Below, piece after piece: positions 1-18,067 of a DNA stretch of 64,000 bases. A program made the translations under genes and the position numbers. The notes under the pieces are model-generated. The model ran no database searches, was not told where the DNA came from, and was given only the letters and a program-made list of their open reading frames with translations. Origin of the DNA: Piromyces finnis finn (lineage: Eukaryota; Fungi; Neocallimastigomycota); contig MCFH01000012.1 of the NCBI GenBank assembly GCA_002104945.1, positions 929,788 to 993,787 of the forward strand. Direction: 5' to 3'. The first letter of the stretch is position 1. Every line of letters begins with the position of its first letter.

Positions 1-611
1 TTAAAATTCTATCATAAAATTCCTTTGGATAAATATCTCTATATTTTGCATAATCTTCAGAAGTTTTACCCCAATCGAAAGCTTTTCCTTTGTCAATCCT
101 GTCATCAACTATCATTTTTTTTTTAAAACTAATTTTAATTATTACTCTCTCTTGAATAAATAATTTTAAAATATATATATTACTTTAATATTGGTTTTTA
201 CTATTTATTTATTTATTTAATATTAATGGTAATTATAAATATCTAAAAGAAAAAGAAAGGTCTTTTTATGTACCATTTATATTAAAAGTTATTGAAAAGG
301 TGAAAGGATATTATTTTATAGTAAAGATGGTAAAAATATACATACTATAATGATTGGTTAAAATGTACCATCAAAATTTATATTAATCTTTAATAAATTT
401 ATTTACCACAAAAAAATTAAGAAAGTATTGCTTGTGAAATTAAAATATATTATTATTATTATTATTTAGAGTTTTCAGAAAATTTAAATGTTTTAAAATC
501 GGCATAGAAAACTTTATTTACTTTACGCCATTTAATTTTATAAAAATAAAATAATATAATATAATATCGAATATAGAATATAGAAAGGCAATAATAATAT
601 AAATATATAAA

Positions 612-1578
612 ATGAATTTTCAATCTGTACCTGTAAATTCTTTATCAGACATTAATAAATCTTCAAGGTAAAATATATACATATTTTATACATATTATAT
701 ATACATATATATATATGCATTCAAATCTTTTTTATAAAAAAATAAAAATTATAATTAAAAATTAATAATATCTAATCATGACGAAATTTTTTATTCATTT
801 TTATATATTATATTGCATATAACTGAAAAATAGGAAATCTAATTATGAAAAATTTTGTCAAAAATGTTTAGTTAAAGGTCATTATACTTATGAATGTAAT
901 AAAACACCAAAATATGTAGCTCGTCCTTCTAGAACTAAAAGACTTGAAAATCCAAAATTAAATAAATTTAAAAGATTAAGATCACCTTCAACTAGTATTG
1001 CTAAAGATATATTAAAAAGTAGAGAAAAGAAACGTAGATTAAGGTAAATGGAATGGATTAATTTTAATATTTTTTTTTAGAAAATTGTAAAAAAAAAAAA
1101 AAGAAAAAAAAAAAATCAATTTAGAAATTCAATTTAAATATTAATTTTTTTAAATGAAAATTATTTATTTTTTATCACATATATAAATATATATAAATTA
1201 AGCAGTAAACGTCGTCGTCATAGACATCGTTATTCAGATTCAGAATCAGAATCTAGTTCTTCAAGTAGTTCAAGTTCAGGTTCTAGCTCAGAATCTGATT
1301 CTGATTCTGATTCTGATAGTTCTAGCTCAGGATATGATACCCAATATGATTCAGATTCAAGTACTTCTTCATCCTCTTCAACCTCATCATCTTCATCTTC
1401 TTCTTCTTCTTCATCCTCTTCATCATATACATCATCATCATCCTATTCATCATACACCTCCTCCTCCTCCTCTAGTTCATATTCAAGTAAAAGTTCAAGA
1501 AGTAGCAGTAGTAGTCACTCTTCTAACTCTTCTAGTTCTTCTAAATCATCTTCCTCTTCAAAATCTTCGAAATACTAA
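612..1578 (+). CDS. ZCCHC10: ZCCHC10-like zinc-knuckle protein with Ser-rich tail (3 exons: 612-667, 834-1043, 1203/1206-1578)
   Basis: The spliced frame reads MNFQSVPVNSLSDINKSSRKSNYEKFCQKCLVKGHYTYECNKTPKYVARPSRTKRL... The CQKCxxxGHxTYEC...YxxRPSRT signature followed by a poly-Ser/Asp tail is typical of ZCCHC10. Introns are GT-AG with consistent phases. Confidence 0.8.
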
Positions 1579-2141
1579 AAACACATACATGTAATAAATA
1601 TATTATTTGCAATTTATTAGTTTCACTTGCAGAGAGTATTTATCATAAATAGTCAAGTCATAAGCATATATCATATATCATATTAACACAATAATATATT
1701 ATATATAAAAAGTTTTATTTTTTTAAAATTAATAAAAATAGATTTTTCAATAATTATATACCTAAACAGTTTAATATGAAATTTTGTATAAAAAGAAAAA
1801 GCATTCTTAATAAAAACTAATAAACATTTTTTTTTAAATAAATAAAAAATAATTTAAAAATTGTTTATAAAAAAAAAAAAAAAAAGAGATGTAATATACA
1901 TATAATATAAATAATACCATTTATCTTTTTATTTTATTATCAATTAAATAAAAGAGAGAGAGAGAATATTAAATAACTCGAAGTATTGTTTTTATTTTAG
2001 CTGTTTTATTATTATAATTTATCTAAAAAGAAAAAAAAAAAAAGATATTTACAATATGTTGATAAAAAAAAATAAATAGATAAATATAATCAGATTAAAA
2101 ATTGTTTATTCAAGAACTATTAAAATTTTTAAAATGATGAT

Positions 2142-2182
<41 letters not shown>

Positions 2183-2241
2183 AAGATAGATAGAGAATAA
2201 AATTATTATATCTTTTAGTTGTTGTTGCTTTTCAAAAAAAT

Positions 2242-6760
<4,519 letters not shown>

Positions 6761-7929
6761 CAGTTTTTCATTAATTTTTTCAAATGATGACTCAAAATAA
6801 TATATAAATAATAATTAAAATAATGAGATCTTTTCAGGTTTATTATAATAATAATACTTTAATTTTTTTAATAATTGATATTGAAATGGAATACTTTTTT
6901 TTTTTCTTTCTTAACACTCAAGATTATAATAAATTTTAATACATAAATTTCAATAGATGAATAAAAAAGAAAAAGAAAAAAAAGATTAAATTCATAAAAA
7001 TAATAATAATTTGTGTATAATTAATCAAATATATACAAAAAATAAATAAAAATAAAATTTTAGATTTTGAAATTTATTATTTTTTTTTTCTTTCCCTAAA
7101 AAAACGTAATAAATTTTTTTGATGGTGAAGTTTTTTCCTTTTTATATTTTCAATAATGCACGTGATTTTGTTTTTGTCCTACTTTAAAAAAAGCTTAAAG
7201 ACCACAATAAAAACAAAATCAACTGCGCTTGTTGCATGAATAAAGTTGTGAATGCTTTTGGTAATACTATTTAAATATACATCTTGAAAGGTGTATTTTC
7301 TGCAAGCTTTTATTATTCTCTTTTCAAGTTAAATTATTTAAAGTACCAATAATGGAAACTTTTTTTTTTAATCTTTTCTTTTGTATCCTTTTTTTTTAAA
7401 GAAAAAATAAAAGATATAAAATAAAAATTCATATCTTTTCAATTAGAAAATTATATATCTATAGTTTTGTATTTATTTTAATATTCTTTTCAAAAATATA
7501 ATAGTATAGTATTTTGAATTATGGGTTAAAGAAGAATCTTACTTTATGATACTCTTTTTTTTTTTTTGTCTCTTATATAATTTCATTTTAATTTGATAAA
7601 CCCATACTTTACTTTTGAATAGAATGAGATTTTTTTAGTTGTAAAAAATCATCATAATAGAAATTCTAAAATACAATACTGAGCTATTAATAAAAAAAAA
7701 TTAAAATATCCTATATTAAAATATAAAAAAATGATGATGATACTAATATGAAGAACAATATATTCTAAAATGAAAAAGTCTTTCTTTGTAATATATTTTA
7801 TTTATTTTATTTATTCTCTTGTTTCTTTAAAAAAAAAAAAATGTTAAACTTATTATGATTTATTAGTTTTAAAAATATAAAGTATAGATAATGGAAACTT
7901 TTTTTGTTATCATTTCTTTGTTGTTATTG

Positions 7930-7975
<46 letters not shown>

Positions 7976-8385
7976 AATAAAGAAATGTTAATAAAAAAAA
8001 AAATACATATTATAATAATAATAAGTTTTAAAAAAAATAAAGATATTATATTAAAAATAATACATAAAATAATATAATTGAATTTGATGGATTTTTTAAA
8101 AAAGTTTTTGAAATGTGCTTGTAAAATCTTTTGAATAAAGAAATATATAAAAAAAAAAAAAAAAAAAAAGGTTTAAAAAAAATGTCTAATAAAAATAAGT
8201 AATAATAATAAAAATTGATTTAATAATGTTATTTTTTTTATATATATAATATATATATCACTATAATAAATAAAATAAATTTATAGGAAAGAAAGAAGAA
8301 GAAGAAGAAGAAGAAAAAAAAAAAATTTTAATGATATATAGGATATATAGGATATATATATTTATCTTTTTTTTTTTTGAATAGA

Positions 8386-11300
8386 TTATATTTTAATTTT
8401 AATTTTTAAATTGCTTTGATTGTCATCATCATTATCATTAGCTAGAGTAGAAGAACTTTGCTTTAAATGACTACTACCATGTTTTTTAGAGGTATTTTCA
8501 TCTTGTCTATAGGAAGTGGAAGAAGAAGAATGGCGATGATGACTATGTCCATGACGAGAATGTCCAGATATTAAATTACGATTAGTATCATGAAGTTTTT
8601 TGTTGTGGCCATTAGAATATTCAATATCCATATCATCATTGGCATTACCATCATCATCACTATTATATTTAACCTTTTTCTTTTTACTTCTACTTTCTTT
8701 ATAAAAGTCATCATTATCGTCATAACTACTTTCATCTAAATGATGTTTCCTTAATAATTTCTTTTCTTTTTCTCTGTGATTTCTATTATCTTCACTTTCA
8801 TTGGTATAATTACTTAATGACATCTTATCTTTTTTAACAGAAGGATAGGATTTTATCTTTGAATTGGAAAGATTTGAGGTAGTACTACTACTTCCTTTTT
8901 GAGATTGCTTTTTACCATTGTCATAATCATCATCATTTGCTTTGCTTTTTGACTTTTGATTAGCATCTTCACCCCCTTCATTATTAATAATAAGAGTAGA
9001 GGAACGGTGCTTCAAATGCTTTACATTATATCCTTTTTGTGCTAATTTTTCAGTTGCTTGGCGAATCAAATCATGACGTCTATTCCATAGCTCATTAAAT
9101 GCAACTTCTAAATTTTGTGCAGCAACAAATAAATCAGATCCTTCCATATTAAACGTATAACAATTTTTAAATATTAATAAAAGATCTGAATGGAATTCTT
9201 CAAGAGTTGAATACTTTTTATTATCAAGATTTGCTTTTAAAGTAGTAAAGTCCATCGGCTTTTTAATAATGTCATGATACATTGGAATGGTCGTTGGAAC
9301 TGGATCTTTAAAGGCATAGGAATTTGGATTTCGTAACATTTTTCTAATGATACTTTCACATACTTTAACTTCAACCATTTGCATATTTCTTCCTTCATGC
9401 ACTGTTTTCTCCTTGTATTGGTTTAATGATTTTTCCAACGAAAGCCAATACTCCTCTAATTTTTGACCTTGTTCACGTGCCCATGACCCTGGGGGATTGT
9501 AAATATTACAATTTGAAAAGATTAATGATACATCGGATATAAAATCTTCAATGGTTTTATACTTATTTTTTTCCAACTTCTTCTTAATCGTTGAAAGATC
9601 CATTGGATTATGAATGAATTTATGATAATCTGGAAATTGTTGTGGATCCACGGGTTCTAAGAAAATCTGTGAACATGAATGGTTTTGCATTTTTTGAACA
9701 ATTGTTATTAAGTGACTTTTGATGGATGATGACATCGATTTGAAAGTTGCTTTATTATCTTGGATAGTAGAGGTTTTGCTTTCATGTTTATGTTTTTTAT
9801 TCATTGCAGAAGAAGGCTTGATTTCTTCAGTATTTTCACTCATTCTATGACTATTATGTCTATTACTACTTTCTCTTTCCAATGTCTTATTCGTTTGAAT
9901 ATTATTTTCATGTTCACGTTCACGTATTATTGGTTTTGGTTCCTCTTTTTTCTTATTGTCAACTTCCGTTACCGGGAGTTCTTTTGATTGATGCTTTAAT
10001 TTTTTATCTGGAAGTTTTATAGCTGGTAAACCAGCACTTACCCATTCCTTTTCAAAGAAAGCTTGTAATGACTTTCCTGCTTGATATACATATTCTTCTG
10101 GAAGATTAAACCTAAAGCAATTTCTAAACATTAAATCAACATCCTTATAATATCCTACAATACTTGTATATTTCTTTTTTGATAAATTAGAATCAATGGT
10201 ACTCAAGTCCATTGGATGTTTAATAATTGTGAAGTAAGTTGGAATATTCAAGGATACTGGATCAACAGGTTCCAAAAATGGTACACCATATTTATGTTTT
10301 TGCATTTTTCTCGTAATAACTTGACATTTATGATAGTCTCTTGAACTAAAAGCAAATGAATTTTTACCTTTTGCATCTGTATCCGTAGGTGTAGTTGGTG
10401 TTTCATTATTAATGTTTTTAGTAACACTTTCATGTTCTCCATTATCCTTTTTAACCCTTTTCGCTGATACTTCACTTGTACTACTTAAAGATCGAATATT
10501 ATTCAATTTTATCTTATTCTCTAATTTAGTTTTATTCTTATTTTCTTCTTCCTCTTCTTTTTGTCTATGACTCTTTTCTTTTACATATTCTTTTTCTGTT
10601 TGGTATACAGAACTCTTCTTTGCCTTTGATAAATTATTAATATTATTACTTTCTTCGCTTATAGCAGAATTATTATTCTTAAGATAAATAATAGTTTTAG
10701 AATGTTCTATTGGTTCTGGTGACATATTAGATCTGATTTTCATAGGCTTTTCATTAATCAAAGAGTCATTTGGTCTTTGTTTCTTTATGACGGTATCATT
10801 TTCTTCATTGGTTAGATTTTGATTCTCATTTATAGCTGCTTTCATTAATTGTTTTTCTTTTAATCTCATTAAATCAAATGTCCATTCTTTATTAAAATAG
10901 GATTCTAAAATATGAGCTTGTTGTGAAAGAAAAGAACTTGAATCATTAAAGGTATAACAATTTCTAAAAATTAAACGAACATCACTTTCAAATTTAGATA
11001 ATTTATCATATTTTCCCTTATTTAATCTTGCTTTTAACGTGCTTAAATCCATAGGTTTTCTAATTAAGGCATAATACTGAGGATATAAGTTTCTATCAAC
11101 TGGTAATAAAAACTCGGAAGCTGATTTGTGCTTTTGTAATTTAGAAATAATTTTATTACAAAGCTTAAATTCATCTTTTCCTACAGCAGTATCACCATTT
11201 ACCTCAATCCATTCTTTATTAAAATAATTTTCTACTGATTTTCCTGCATCATTTACTTGAGTTGATGGAGGATTAAATAAAAAGCAATTGGAAAATACTA

Positions 11301-14079
11301 AACGTACATCACATTCAAATTCATATTTGTTACTATATTCCTTATTTTCCAACTTCTTTTTTATTGTTCCAAAATCCATAGGATTTTTAATAATTGTAAA
11401 ATAGGAAGGGATATTAAATAAAACAGGATCAACAGGTTCACGGAAAAAACTAGAGTCATAATGTCTTAATAATTTACCAATGATCTTTCTACACATTTTC
11501 ATACTACTCTTGTAACTACTTATACTTTTTACAGGTGGCTGCTCATTATTAATTGAGGACGGTACAGTAACTGATGAATTCTTTTCTATACTTTTAGGGA
11601 TTTCTGAGGTTGATGTATTTACGTTATATACAGTTGTTTCATTATTAATATTTGATATAGTTGACTGGGTTTTTGTTCTTACAGAGTGTTTTCTATCAAG
11701 TTTTATTGAAGGTATTTTGGGAGGTTGTGGAGTTGGATTTTTAGTTGTGAGATTAATTTTTATAGAGTCTTTCTGTATAGGAGTAGAAATAGTTGATTGT
11801 TTATTTAAATCTTTACGTTTATGAGGTGGTTGAATATCTTTTAAATTTGCTTGAATTGGGAAATTGTATTTTTTGGCTAATTGTTGAATTTTTGGTATAA
11901 TTACTTCTTCAAATACAGTTTCTAATTTTTTTGCTTGTTTTGAAATATAGCTTTCATCTTGATTAAATATATAACAATTCTGGAAAATTTGACGAACATC
12001 TCTTATCAATTCCTCAATTTTATTATTATATTGTCCAGATTTCAACTTTTTCTCAGCGGTACTGATATCCATTGGGTTTTTAATGATATTATGATAATAT
12101 GGTATATTTTCGACTGGCAATAAAAATGGTGGTGAATTTGGATTATTCTTAAGATTTTCAATTAATATTGTTCCAAGTTTCATAAATTTCGCGGTATAAT
12201 CTTTAATTTCTGGCTTTTCCTGATGTTCGGGTTTAGTTTCAACTATTTTCTTTTCCTTTTTATCATTCTTTTCATCTTTATCCTTTAGTATAATATTTAT
12301 CGGTTTAATCTTAATCTCTGATATTTTTGAGTTTCTTTCATATTTTGTAGGTTTTTCTTCCTTCACTATAGGTTCTTTTACCTTAATAATATTTGGTCTC
12401 TTTGGTTCTTCTTTTATTTCTTTAACCTTTATACTTGGTCTCTTTGGTTCTTCTTTTATTTCTTTAACCTTTATACTAGGTCTCTTTGGTTCTTCTTTTA
12501 TTTCTTTAACCTTTATACTAGGTCTCTTTGGTTCTTCTTTTATTTCTTTAACCTTTATACTAGGTCTTTTTGGTTCTTCTCTTATTTCCTTTACCTTTAT
12601 AACATTTGGTCTTCTATTCACATCCTTTAATTCTATTATTATTTTTTCTCTTTCCTTACTTCTATCTTTTTCTTTAGTTTTTTCCTTTATTTTCTCTCTC
12701 ATTCCTATTCTTTCTTTTTCTTTTTCTCTTTCCTTTTCTTTTTCTCTTTCTCTATCTCTTTCCTTTAATGCACTGCTATTAATTGTTATAGGTATTTTTG
12801 GTTTTTTAATTGGTTCAGCCTTTAAAAAGAAAAAATTTTTTAAATATTAAAAAGAGTAAAAACAAATGAAAAATTAAAAAAATAAAATAAAATATAATAA
12901 ATTTTAATAATATTAATTTAAAAAAAAATTAAATAGTAAAAAGTATCATTTGTTATATATACCTCTTTATCCAATATGGATGAAGACATTCTAATTTTCA
13001 ACTTCATTAAAGATCCTTTTTGAGCTGCTGATGGAACTTCAGGAATAACTGGAATGTACAAAATCTCACATAAATTAAGTAATTTCATTCTTATACGATG
13101 ATCTAATACAGGATTATTATTTAATAAATCCCATATAAATTCTCTTACAAATTTATTTTCTGCAAACTCTATTCTATATTTTTTTAATAATTCATTTTGA
13201 TTATATTTGGATTTTTGATTAATAATATTTGTGGAATTCTCAAGGAGTTGAGATTTCTTATCAATATCATTTTCGGTAATACCACCTAAAAGTGATATGT
13301 ATGCAACTAATGATTTTGCAATATGAAAACGGAAATACGGTGAAGGATCATCACGTAATAAATAAAATATATATTTACAAATTGAATCGATAAACAAACC
13401 GTTCAATATTATTAATGCATCGATAGCAACAACTCTTATAAATAAACAAGTACCATATCTAATGTATGGAAGAAATATTTTATAATTAACAGGTATTAAA
13501 TCAGCCATCATCCATAAGTGGTAAGTTTCTAAGCATTTTACAGTAACAATATTATGGTATGATGGCATTATCATATCACGAATTCTATATCTTTCTATTT
13601 CTTCTAATGCTTCTTTAAATATTAAGTTTTCTTTCTGTGCTTCTGATTCCGATATATTTTGTAATTTATTTTTAGGTATAACATCTTGATTATCACTATC
13701 ACTTCCATCAAATTCGAATTCTTCAATTACTAAATCACCTTCTTCATCGATTTGATTTTTAATTTCATTAGATTCTATTGTAATTTTTGGTTTTGCAACT
13801 GCTTTTTTCGTTGGAACAAATGCTAACCCAATTGATGTAATTAACGATGCTATAAGATAACAGTCAGAGTACTTTTTTATCATTTTATTTAAAAAAAAAA
13901 AAAAAAAGAAATAAAATAAAATATATAAACATTTTAATAATTTTCATAGATATATGTATTCTTTTTTTTTTTTTTTAATTAACTACTTCTATTTATATCA
14001 TTATTTATTTATTTCCTACATTTTTTTTTATTTATTTATTAGTTACTATTATTATTACTATTACTACTACTACTACTAC

Positions 14080-14125
<46 letters not shown>

Positions 14126-16398
14126 CCTGATTATCTGTATTATCATTATTTTTCAATAAATCTAAAATAAATTTTCTAACTTCATAAAATGCTAAGTCAT
14201 GTTCATCTCTTGCACCTATCATTCCTGCAGGTATTGTTTTTTGAACAAAATATTCACTAAGATTTGAAAAATCATTAGAGTATGGTATATAGGCATTAGT
14301 ACTTTCATGATAAGGATAACAAAATTGTTCTTTATATGCCTTCATTAATTTTTCAATTCCTTGAACTGCTGAACAAAAAACAATCGTTTTTGATGCTTCC
14401 ATTCTAATTTTATAATAATTTGAACAATCTAACATTGCTTTTTCTAGTGTTATAACTACAGCAGAAACAGCTTCCTCTGGTATATTGTGATATTTTAATT
14501 CGGAAATTGCCTAAAAAAATAAATAAATAAAGATATCGTCATTAATTATATCTATGAAAATATGTTAATTTAATGTATTTTATAAAATAATTACATGATG
14601 CTGAGCTATAACATCTTTATCTTTTTGAAGTTGATTACCCCACATAAAATGTGTCTGCTCTAATATAATTAATGTTAACCATTCGGTATCTGGATCCATT
14701 CTAATCCATTCAACTGGTGATCTATTTATTTAATGATTTACACATAAATATATATAATAATAATAATAATCATTAAATATATTATCAAGTAAAAAAAAAA
14801 AAAAATATTTACCTATCCGTTCCTTCACCCCAATTAACTTCTTCATTTTCATCAGATTCCTCTTCATCTTCTAATTCATCTTCTTCCATATTTTTCTTTG
14901 CCTTTCTTTTCTTTTTTGACTTTGTACTTCTGATACGCTTGTACTTTGTATGATACTGAACATCGAAATTCTGCTGTATTTCAGATACTTGAACTTCTGT
15001 ATCAAATACACCACTAGGTTCATGTACACGAATAGTTAGCGGACCCTAAACATTAATTTTATAAAATATTAAATTCATATAATTATAGAATATAGTCTTT
15101 TTATTACTTTTATATGTATTGAAATTTTATAACTTACTGTAAATTTTATCTTCTTTCCCCAATTACTAGTAGATTCTTGTCTAAATTTAAATTCTACTGT
15201 CATCCTTTTTCTGTTGAAATGATGAGTAAAATAGAATTTTGGTATTCCTGTTCCATAAATCCATTGATCAGCAAATTCTTTTAATTCAACATCTTTACTT
15301 AATTTTCTGCAAAGTTTCAAAAAATGATGTGTACTTAATCCAAATGGTAATTCACCTTGTTCAAAAGTACTTGTAATTCTTGTTATAACCTTTTGAAGAA
15401 TTCCTTTTCCTATCCTCTTATTTAACATATATAATACTAATGATGATTTTAATGATAAAAATTCACTTCTTGAAGATAAATAATCATCATCTGGATGGTA
15501 ATGTAATAATATTAATGGATCTGGTATAAGTGTCTGATTATCCTCTGATGATGCAATAATTGGATGAAGTGGTGGTTGATTTACATCTAATTTTACTAAA
15601 TAATCTATATCCTATATCAATTAAATAGTTAAATTTTCGTATTTATTACTAATTTATTTGCAAATTTATATTTAACAAATATATATAATATTAAATTTAC
15701 TTTTCTTAAGCGATATCTATATTCATTATTTCCAAAATGTCTTTTTAAAAAGAGACTAGCAATATAATGAGATAAACCATGAATAAGCCACGTATCTGCC
15801 CAAGTTTTTTGAACAATATATGAACCAAACCATTGCATAATTAAAGATCTTGATATATTTTTTCTAGTTTCATAGGTTTGATCAATAATATCATTGGTAA
15901 CTAAATACAGAGTACTAATTAAAAATAATATATATTACATATTTGTATTTTTATTAGTTTATCATTAATTGATTGATATATTTATATCAATAACCTTATT
16001 TAAATATAAATCATTTAATTTATTTTTTAATAAAAATAAATAAATATATTACCTCATAAAACTTATTGTTGTACCAACAATCAATGGATTAACTGGATTT
16101 TCTATGCAAACAAGTTTAAATGATAAATATGGATATGGATTACCAATATATTGAACATAAAATGAAAAGGCTTGTTGAATGAAATTGGTGGTATATTCAG
16201 CTTCTTCTTTACGTCCTGGTAAATAAAAAATATAACCTCCTCCAATACCAGATATACTATTTGATAATATTTCATTCCCGTCACTTTCATTTGAATCTTT
16301 ATTTTCATTTTCCACAGTGTTTTTATTATTCATATCAGTTGAATTATTGTCATTTATTGTAGCTTCTGATGTATTATTATCATTATTGCTGTTGTTAC

Positions 16399-16450
<52 letters not shown>

Positions 16451-18067
16451 TATATTACTATTGTTTGTATTATTTGCATTAATTCCTGGTATGTTTGAAG
16501 CTTTTCCCATACTCTGCCAACCAATAAGTTTTCTCATTTTATATGGACCAACTGTGAAATATATATTTGGTGCTGCTGAAGGCACATTTAAAGTATAATA
16601 AAATATCTTTTTTGAAGAATCTAATGGATGAATAATTTGTTCAACTAATTCACCACTACTTACTACAGTGAGTTCCGCTTCATCATCATCTTCATCATCG
16701 TCTAAATATGAAGAATTATCTAACATTTGAGGTCTAACTGTTTTTGCAACTATATATTCCATTTCCCATGTACAACGTTCTTGTAATTTATCTATACATG
16801 GAAGCCATAATCTAGCATACCCACATTGATTATAAATATACATATGGGGATATCTCTTTATATAATATATTATAATATATTTTATAATTTAATAACTTCA
16901 TTCTAATTACTTATTACTTTAAAATATAATAACATATATAAATTGTAATTTGTTATATCAATGATATCTACGTATGGCGCTGCCTCGGGATCTGGCATGT
17001 TAAAATAAACAGCAGATGTTGGATCTACTAATTCATATTCAATTCTTACTACTATTGGATAATATTTTTCTGATTCTAAATTTAAATCATATATTTTTAA
17101 AATTTATTTAATTATATTTAATAAAAATGCAATTGCAGAAAAAATGTCAAAAAATGAATTTAAAATTTATAAATCTATTACCTTCTTGAGTATTCTCATC
17201 TTTATTTTCTTTTTCATTTTCTTTTTTATTATTTGCTATAACCTAATATTTTAATTTCAATAAAAGTATTTATTTGAAATTTAATCACACATCAATTGAT
17301 TGATTTCTTCAAAATATCATCTAAAATTAAATTAATTTTATTAAAAATTTCAAAAAAGTACTTTTTTGATTTTAATTTCTTCTGGTATATTTATAGTTAA
17401 TTCTCCTTCATCTGATTCCTGAAGTGCATTAAAAAATTCCTGTTTAAATTCATTATGATTATTTACTGTTTTATTTGTTGGTAATACATTTGCTACTGGA
17501 TCTATTATGTTATATTGTGCTTGTATTTTATTTACTAATACTTTTCGTATTGCTATTACATATTTATTGGAGAAATTATATCAATTAAATAATTTAAATA
17601 AAATAAAAAATATTTAATTAATAATTTTTTTTTTCATTAAAACAAGCTGGGGAAGATGATGAAGAAAAAACATACTTAATTGTCTGCAATTTAAACGAAT
17701 CTTTGTTAAATCAGGTACAAGTGGCTGTATTATTAATTCAACATAACCCTAAATATTTTATTTTAAAAAAATAAATTATTAATGCTAACTGTTTTCTCTC
17801 TCTTATTTCTATTTTTTTTTATGTGATACGTTTTTGTTTTTGTTTTGTTTTGTTTTTTGTTGATACTAACAAATATTGATTTAATTGAAAAATCAATTTC
17901 TAGTGAAATTCTTTGATGCCTTGTAATGAAATAGAAATGAATAATAATAGGATTCTATTAGTCCCATCATACATTATTGAAATTCAATAACAGCAAAAAA
18001 TCATTTGTAAAACTATATTAGATACTTATAATTGATAGGCACGTATATTTCCGCCGGATTCCTGCAT
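8386..18067 (-). CDS. TAF2: TFIID subunit TAF2 with a C-terminal extension carrying six bromodomains
   Basis: Upstream exons show the TAF2 M1-aminopeptidase-like fold: HQRISLEIDF, GYVEL...IRLNCRQL, ARLWLPCID...RCTWE, QWFG...WADTWL..GL, EQWIYGTG-like ADQWIYGTGIP, LEPDTEWL. A phase-0 GT-AG intron (12962-12820) joins ...SILDKE to AEPIKKP..., which is in frame with ORF 8386..12702 and its six bromodomains. The start codon at 18067 is tentative (see finding on intron 1). Confidence 0.9.
12377..12615 (-). repeat. 42-bp coding tandem repeat (about 5.5 units, KVKEIKEEPKRPSI) in TAF2
   Basis: ggtctctttgg recurs at 12395, 12437, 12479, 12521 and 12563 (period 42). Confidence 0.95.
16391..16452 (-). 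repeat. (AAT)n coding microsatellite: poly-Asn insertion in TAF2
   Basis: A TTA run on + lies inside ORF 16049..16843 and encodes the NNNN... tract. Confidence 0.9.

Noticed and set aside
1334-1594. His/Leu/Pro-rich 86-aa ORF
   Set aside because: It is an alternative frame of the poly-Ser last exon of the ZCCHC10-like gene.
7220-7312. Possible small ncRNA (hairpin ATACATCT-TGAA-AGGTGTAT, ending in a T run) upstream of MCM8
   Set aside because: No snRNA, snoRNA, SRP or RNase P/MRP signature; a short AT-rich stem is expected by chance.
8386-12702. Polybromo/RSC1-like stand-alone protein (also six bromodomains)
   Set aside because: No BAH or HMG domains. The bromodomains look BET/GTE-like, and the ORF is open upstream to a splice acceptor in frame with TAF2.
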